DNA from: Chrysomallon squamiferum | Lineage: Eukaryota; Animalia; Mollusca | NCBI GenBank assembly: GCA_012295275.1 | Contig: CM022670.1 | Span: 33,294,001-33,358,000 of the forward strand | Reading direction: 5' to 3' | DNA: 64,000 nucleotides | In this document: positions 56,740-64,000 of the stretch, one piece after another | Layout: the number at the start of each line of letters is the position of its first letter | Numbering within the stretch: position 1 is the stretch's first letter | The notes under the pieces: generated by a model | Told to the model about the DNA's origin: nothing | What the model saw: only the letters and a program-made list of their open reading frames with translations | Databases searched by the model: none | Translations under genes and position numbers: made by a program

Positions 56740-57789
56740 GTAAGTTTTATTTGTTGTAAAAGGGGAGAAAAAATTAAATAGTAATGTCAATACAGAGGTA
56801 ACTTGTATACCTTAGCGTTTAGTAACTGTCAACAGCTATGCTCAGTCTATGAGTTGCTGTGTAAACTTCACCTGACCTACATGCTGTCACTGAGAAATAA
56901 TATAGCTGGCTTTAGTTAAAGTGTTAAACTATACTATTGTTGATTTACATAGAAATGTATGAGTTTAGGTTTTGATATTTTATATATGCTGATAATAACT
57001 GCTGATGGTTGACAAAGTAGTGTTATTGTTCACTCAGGTGAAAACAGATTTATAAGCTATTTAAATTATATTTGGAATGTAGGTTTATGTCTGAGATCTG
57101 ACTGCTATACTTAAAAAAAGAAAGATTATGTTAACATTATATTTTCTTTCTTTTTTTTTCTATTTTTTTTTTAAGTTAGAAGAACAGTTACTAAAAAATA
57201 ATGAAAAATGAATAACAAAAACATTTTTCATAAATATTACTACATAAAATATTTATATCATCAAAATTATTTTATTTAAAAAAATATTTGTGCTTATGCC
57301 AGAAAGCTTGTAACAGTATCCTAAATTCAGCTTTTTCTGTTGTTTTTTTTTGCTTTTTTGGTGGGAAGAGGGGGGAAGTTATTTACAGCATTTGCATAGT
57401 CATGAAATATTCTATATCCAAGTTGTACCTTTCATTGTTTTGTTTCAACAGAAATATTTTTTGTTTTGTTCTTAAGAAACAAAAGTACTTGAAATATTAC
57501 TTAGATCAGCATTATTTTATGTTCAGCAGTGTTAAATAATAAAAGTACATTTTAGATTCATGTAATTTAGTTTATTTGGCTAAATTCTTTTTAATATTTA
57601 AATGAATAAATGAAATATTGTTTGAAGCTAAAGTACACTGCATTCTGTTATTTCCAGCATCGACTTCTTGGATTATTCTGATTTCAGTTTATATTTGCCA
57701 TTCTTCTTTTATTACAGAATATTTAAAATGTTTTAGCTTTTTTGCCTTTCTGTTTTTTAAATTTTTGTTTGAAAACGTAACCTATGACA

Positions 57790-58385
57790 TTTTATTCTAA
57801 CAATGTTAAAGTAAAATGTGGTTTTTTTACAGTCATTTAACAATTGTTTTTTTTAGAATTCCTGTTTATATTTTTATCGATTTCTTTTATTTCAAGAATA
57901 AAGAATTAAACACATTTTAAAAAGTTTTTCAGATATTATTGTACAGTATTTCCATCAGTTATAAATAAAAAATAAAAAATAGTTTTTTCTTAACTTCTTA
58001 ATTCAAATTTAAAAAAAAAATGTATTCCAACAATGTTAAAACAGAGTAAAAACAAACTGTTTTGAAAGTCTAATTAATATTTTTCCAGCAATGTAGAAAC
58101 AAAAATTTTAAAATTTTATTTATAATCTTGTAGTATCCTAACTTCTTATTTCTCATCTTATTGTAATATTATTTCCAACACTGTTAAAACAGTGTGAGAA
58201 ATATTTTTCACAATATCTCAGTATTCTTGAAGTATCTTAACTTCTTATATCAAATATTGCTGTAACAGTGAAAAAATATTTTTTTTACAATATCTATTTT
58301 ATTGTAATATTATTTCCAACAGCACAAAAATAATTTTTCGCAGTCATTTAGTAATCTTGCAGTATCTTAACTTGTTATTTCTCTG
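57790..58385 (+). repeat. Degenerate tandem repeat (roughly 60-110 bp units)
   Basis: Recurrent tatttccaacaatgttaaaacag and agtatcttaacttcttat blocks. Confidence 0.7.
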
Positions 58386-61300
58386 TTATGTGCCATGTAA
58401 CTCACAGTTATCTGGTGTTCATACGTGTTGCATATGTGCCTCATAGTCACCTTTGCTGAAAGCAAATCAAAGTGAAATCAATACAAGTCAGTTTCAATTA
58501 ATTCCACAGTATCAGACAGGTTACTTTATCACACTGAGAGGTGTGCTTTTTAATATCTTTTCTGTTGCTCTGTTTTCACGTAAGTGATCACCACACACAT
58601 TTCGTTATTGCTTTATATTGCTTTTTCACAAGTTGAACTGTTATGCTGAATATAAATATAATAAAAAAAATATTTACTTGATGACTTGAAGAAAAAAATC
58701 TTATATTCAGTATGTTTCTTCTTTTCTTCAAAGTTTTTTTTATTATTATTATTATTGCCATCTTTTTTTTTTATTTTACTTTTGTAAATTCAGTCCTGTT
58801 TAAATTGATTTTTGGAAAATAAAAACTTGAATATATGAATAAGGAAATAACTGCTTGACAACTTGGAGCAGAAATCTATTCAGTATGTTGCTGTATATTT
58901 TTGTAATAATTTTTTTTATTCTATTTAAATTGCAGAGGCAATTTATCTTTTTTCAAAGGCGTAAATCATAAAAAGAAATTCTGAGCAGAAAGGTGATATT
59001 TCATACTTTAAGTTTTTTTTTTAAATGCAAGGCAGCTTGAAGGCTATAAAACCAAAGGTGAAAAAAATATAATTTGAATAATTTTGAGCTAATTATATCA
59101 TCTCTATCAAAAAGGTTTTGACAATTAACCAAACATTAATGATATTTTTATGACTACACAAACAGTTTAATGTTTTGTTTTTTCAGCTGTGACCAAAGTG
59201 AAAAGCAAATAAACTTGTTTATGATGTTCCACAGGAAATGTCCATTACTATTACTAATGATTAAATTTTCACTGAAGTTCAGATTTGTAATTATTTATTA
59301 ATAAATAGGGTATACTTACAAACATTGCCACTGAGCAAAGCCTCATTGTTTCTGAGAGAACTGCCACAGAGTTTAATGAATTATATTTCTATACTGTCCA
59401 GTCTGAGTAAATGAAATATTTAATTAAGAAACAAAATGTTTTATATTTATATTTTATACACATCTCTCTTTCTTTCTGTCTCTTCTTTCTCACTTAGGTT
59501 TTCTCTCTCTCTCTCTCTGTTTTTGTCTGTGTGTATAAAATCAGTTATTTTATTCACCTTAGTTTCACAAATACTAAAAGTAAAAAAAATGAAAGAACTA
59601 TTGTAATTACATTACAACTTCAAGAAATATATAATGCATATGCATTACAAAAGAATTCTAAACTAAATGTATTTAGTAAGATACTAATGATAACTTCATT
59701 CAGTAGTTTATTCTGAAACTTGATTATCTAATTTTCCCTTACAGTTTATAACACCAAATATTAAAAAATTTATATAGTTTTACAATTTGTGTAACAAAAA
59801 TTCTCACTTAAAATAATCACCTAGCTCAGTTGTTGTGTAGAGTGTCTGTACCATTTCTATTCTGAAACTTGGATGATCTAGCCATCTGTTTTTGTTTCTT
59901 TCACATTATAAGCAAGTTTCACCTCTATGGATTTGCCAGATCTAGCTAGAAATAACAGTATCCAACATGATTTCTCAACATACACAAACAACAGGCAATT
60001 ATAAACAAAACATAAGGGTGTGTTTTACTCTTGGCAGTCATCAAGTACAAGGAAAAGGTTTATGTAGACACACTTTGTACACTAAAAGAAATATTTTTCT
60101 AACTACTTTTTACCATAAGATATTTGAAGGTGTTGGTGTTTTCATTTAATTAATTTATGAACTAACTAACTAACCAAATAAATAAATTAAATTATCGTTG
60201 TTTAATTTAAAAGAAGTGAATCAGAGAAGAAAAGTAACATGTTAAAAACAAACAAGAAACAAAAATTAAATGAATTAAAAAATGTAATAATAAAAAATAA
60301 AAAAGTTTAATGAACAGTGCATTTTGCACTAAATATTTATATTTGTCAAATATAACTGAAAAGTTAGAAAAAAAAAAAAAAATGACAACAACTAAACTGA
60401 ATAAAAAAAAAAAAAAAAAAAATAAAAAAAAAAATAAAATAAAATAAAATAAATAAAAGCCATTGTACTTTATATCACAGTTTATGATATCACAAGCCAG
60501 ATATGCACATAAAACTGACAGGTGAATACATGAGCTGTCTGTGTGAAGCAATTTTTTATTTGATTTTTTTTTCCTAAAATATTTCATGTTGTGGTCTCTT
60601 GGTAAATGAATAAAAATGTATACAAATAGATCATTATCTGTGATATTGTTTATCACTAATTAATTCCATTCTTGTCAGATTATCATATGTTCATTTACAA
60701 AATATTACTTTCACTGTTTCACACTCATAACTTAAAATGTTATAAATCTGAAGTTTAATAATAAATAACCTAGGTCATTGCAAAGGATTATGAGGGGTTT
60801 TATTCCTAAGTTTTGAACATAACAAAAACAAATGAAAAAATAAAATAAGTCATTATGTCTTATTGACTTGTATGCTTGTATGTCCTTACCAACATGTATT
60901 CATACTCATAAATACATTATGTACATATAGATTTGTGTGTCCTTACTTCATCATGATTACCTTTGTTTAAAATATTTTCTGCTGACAGTAAATACAATAG
61001 CACAGGTAGTAATATGATATTCTTTGCTGTTAATGATTAGTTTCCCATAAAAGACTAGATCATATATGTGATATTAATGCAACATGCAGAAGAAGGAAGT
61101 GATTCACATTGTTTATTTTGGCTAGAATATCTTTAAACTATTAATGTTACACAGATATTGGGTTCTAGACAGTGCATGTTATAGATCTACACAGAAATGT
61201 AAATACTGATCAGACTGAAATAACACAGATTTATTAAGTAAAGGCAATAAACCAAACATTATAATATATTTTTATTGAAAAGAAGATAAACAAAATTTTA

Positions 61301-61616
61301 CATTTAGTTTTAAAACTCTGTGTGTATGTGTGTGTATGTGTGTGTGTGAGTTTGTGTGTGTTGTGTGTGTGTGTTTATATATAAATATATGCATGTTTAT
61401 GTGTGTATAGGAAAAAAAATGTATTTACAAGAAAATAATCCAACAACCTAAAATAATAGTTTTGAATACAAAATGTCCAGACACCCACAATCTGCAGAGA
61501 TAAAATATTAGATATATTTTTTGAAATATTTCATTTTCTGGTGTTGTTAAAATGAAAGCAGTTAATATTTAAAAAATTCACTAATTATGAAACTAGTTCT
61601 TGTAAAATAAGTATTA

Positions 61617-61726
61617 AACTGATTTCACATTTTGTGGTTCAGGTGGCTGAAATAGCTCCTGCAGCAACTGGGAATTCAACAAAATTAATGATACAGCAAA
61701 TATAACTGTAATTTTGTTGTTAAAGA
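61617..61726 (+). repeat. Dispersed direct duplication, copy 2
   Basis: Matches 53904-54025. Confidence 0.88.
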
Positions 61727-62311
61727 TATTATCCTTTTAGGTAGAGTTAGTATTTGTAATTTAACAAATCAGATTCTTCATATTCTTCATCTAAATAAAA
61801 TTTAGGAAACAGTTTATTTAATGTCAATGTACTTTTACAAATGTTGAATTTTATCAACATACTTATTTTGTTGGATGAAAGTCAGTAAATCACTGATATC
61901 ATCTTTGTCGTAATTGTTTGGTTCTGTAATGGAGAGAGAAAAAGAGAAAAAATTGATTTCAGAAATCAATATTTAATTTTTGTTTTCGTCGATTGACTAT
62001 GACTAGTGAACACTGCTCACAAAAATGACAAAATGACGAATGATCAAGAATCGTCCATCCATTTGATTGTTCTGTATAAAAGTCATATTAATAACACATC
62101 AAAATGTGAACACTGGTTGTATTTTTGTGTTTCATTTGTTTATGAAAAGAAGAAAAATAACCAGCTGAACTGGGAGGTCAGAACAGAACTGATGAAAGAC
62201 TTGTTTATCTTGACATAACTCTGACTTAAATTTTGAAGAAGTTAATTTTAGTTTGATATTGTAGACAAGTAAACACTAAGAGTTGTATAACATGATTCAA
62301 ATTACAAATAT

Positions 62312-62450
62312 AATGTAGCTCAGTATATGGGAGTATAGCACCAAGACTTAAGATCAATGCTTCAGAGTCTGACCATTAGACTATTTCCCATTCCATTCTA
62401 AGCCACATAATTCACATATCAAGTCAGATACCATATTGTTTCTTTTCTTA
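62312..62450 (+). mobile_element. Degenerate SINE-like tRNA-derived head
   Basis: tgtagctcagt (A-box-like), then gatcaat...ccatt-gactatttcccattcca...atatcaag; no cloverleaf can be built. Confidence 0.35.
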
Positions 62451-62587
62451 TAAAAGCAAATACATGATAACTCATAATAAACCAGGCCATGTATGACTGG
62501 GGGAAATAAAAGTACATTCATTTGTAAAAGTAATTAGAAAAGGTTAAGAAAGCATTTGATCCATTCAACTAAAATTCAAAGACCTTT

Positions 62588-62621
<34 letters not shown>

Positions 62622-62681
62622 ATTTTCATTTTGTTGGATATTTTGCAATTGTAGATTACATTGTTACTGACATCATGTGTA

Positions 62682-62745
62682 TACACACACACACACACAT
62701 ACACACATACACACATACACACATACACACACACACAGATACACA
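62682..62745. repeat. (CA)n/(CACACATA)n microsatellite
   Basis: Seen directly. Confidence 0.9.
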
Positions 62746-63239
62746 CAATCATTTACTGATAATCAATAGGGAAATTCATGCAAGTGTTATAGTAGATTTC
62801 CTCTTTCAAATGTTCAGCACCTAATAAACCATTCTAAGAAAAATATATTCAAGAGACGTGTTCATGACATTTATAATTGATCAGAATATAAAAGGAAGTC
62901 CAGTGGTTCCATATGTTCTGCATTTTATGTCTAGGAAGTTAGAGAAGTCTTCTAGAAGCAATTTGCAAGAGCAGTTTTTTATATTTCAGTAATGAAACGT
63001 ACAAAGACTAAAAGTCAATACATTGATATACAGTACACTGAAAATGAAAAAAGAAATTAAAAAATTGGTTTTTAAATAGAAGCCACCTACACGTTCTCCA
63101 ATGTGTTCAAGACTGTTCTGTAGTAATATATAATATTATCATAGATAAATTTGCACTGAGCTGAGAGCATCATGCATAACTCAGTATCTGGATGCAGACT
63201 CTGTAAGTCTTAGCAAATAGTAAAAACAAAAATTTTATC

Positions 63240-63610
63240 AGTGCCTGTTAAAAACAATCTTACTCTTTATGATAATAATATAAATAACATCCTTACCTGA
63301 GCATGTTAATAATGATAAACAATTGCCAGTGCATTTTAATGATAATAATATAAATAACAATCTTACTATTGCATGTTAATGATGACAATGTCTTACCAGT
63401 GTGCTTGTTAACGATAAAGAGCTAAAAAGCAATATTGTTGATATATGTTAATGATTATAATTTTACAAAGGCAACTGCATATTTAACGATAGTAATATAA
63501 ATAATGACTGTATCCAGAGTAATTATGATAGTTAAATTAACCAGTGTTGTGAGTGCTTTTTTAATAACAATAATGTAAATGATAGCTAAGTCAGTGCATG
63601 TTAAATGTTA
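63240..63610 (+). repeat. Degenerate minisatellite just upstream of the PDZ4 exon
   Basis: Recurrent gcatgttaatgataataatataaataacaatcttac motif. Confidence 0.7.
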
Positions 63611-63673
63611 AAAATCACAGACAATTAACATTAGTATTATTATTCTTACTTAAATTTTTTTGTTATGTTTCAG

Positions 63674-63753
63674 GTGGAGAGCTGTTGCCAGATGTGGAGG
63701 CTGCAATTAAAGCTGTGTGGGAGCCTCTGGTTGGACCGGAATTTACTGTTGTG
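63674..63753 (+). CDS. MPDZ: MPDZ/PATJ-like exon: linker and first strand of PDZ4 (not in ORF track)
   Basis: tgttatgtttcag| (S)GELLPDVEAAIKAVWEPLVGPEFTVV |gtaaga; 80 nt, phase 1-0; the W-x4-G-x2-[FY]-x-[IV]-V pattern precedes PDZ4 in MPDZ/Patj as recalled. Confidence 0.92.
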
Positions 63754-64000
63754 GTAAGAATTTAGTTCCTAAAGCTATTTAAAATAATAATATTTTAAAA
63801 TGTTGATCAGTGTGTACGTGTTTGTATTTGTGTGTGTGTGTGTGTGTGTGTGTTGGTTTTTGTTTTTGTTTTTTTTTTTTTCTGTACTCAAACAGTTCTA
63901 CAAATCTTATATTTCCTTCTTTCATTATTTATTTCTTATAAAAGTTGTATGATAAATATATTTATTAAATATTAATTTCTCACCCATAAGTTTATTTACT

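Noticed and set aside
60207-60656. 149-aa minus-strand ORF
   Set aside because: Poly-A tracts give poly-Phe; low complexity with no recognisable homology.
62312-62400. Possible tRNA gene (tagctcagt)
   Set aside because: No B-box or cloverleaf; better explained as a decayed SINE head.

Overview
Very AT-rich, CpG-depleted animal genomic DNA, probably from a mollusc or gastropod (inferred from protein sequence and repeat type, not verified). The whole window appears to lie inside one + strand gene, an invertebrate MPDZ/PATJ (multiple-PDZ scaffold) orthologue. Eight phase-consistent GT-AG coding exons (22658-63753) encode the second half of PDZ1, all of PDZ2 and PDZ3, and the start of PDZ4; four of them are absent from the ORF track. 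Introns are long (>22.6, 13.7, 5.8 and 15 kb) and hold microsatellites, local duplications and old SINE-like remnants. The most interesting signal is a candidate isoform system hidden in the introns: two putative internal first exons (31296-31418, joining in frame to PDZ2; 56688-56739, joining in frame to PDZ4), each in a CpG-retaining patch, plus a putative 48-nt in-frame cassette exon inside PDZ3 (41721-41768). These are sequence-only predictions that need transcript data. No rRNA, tRNA, CRISPR or transposase/RT genes were seen.
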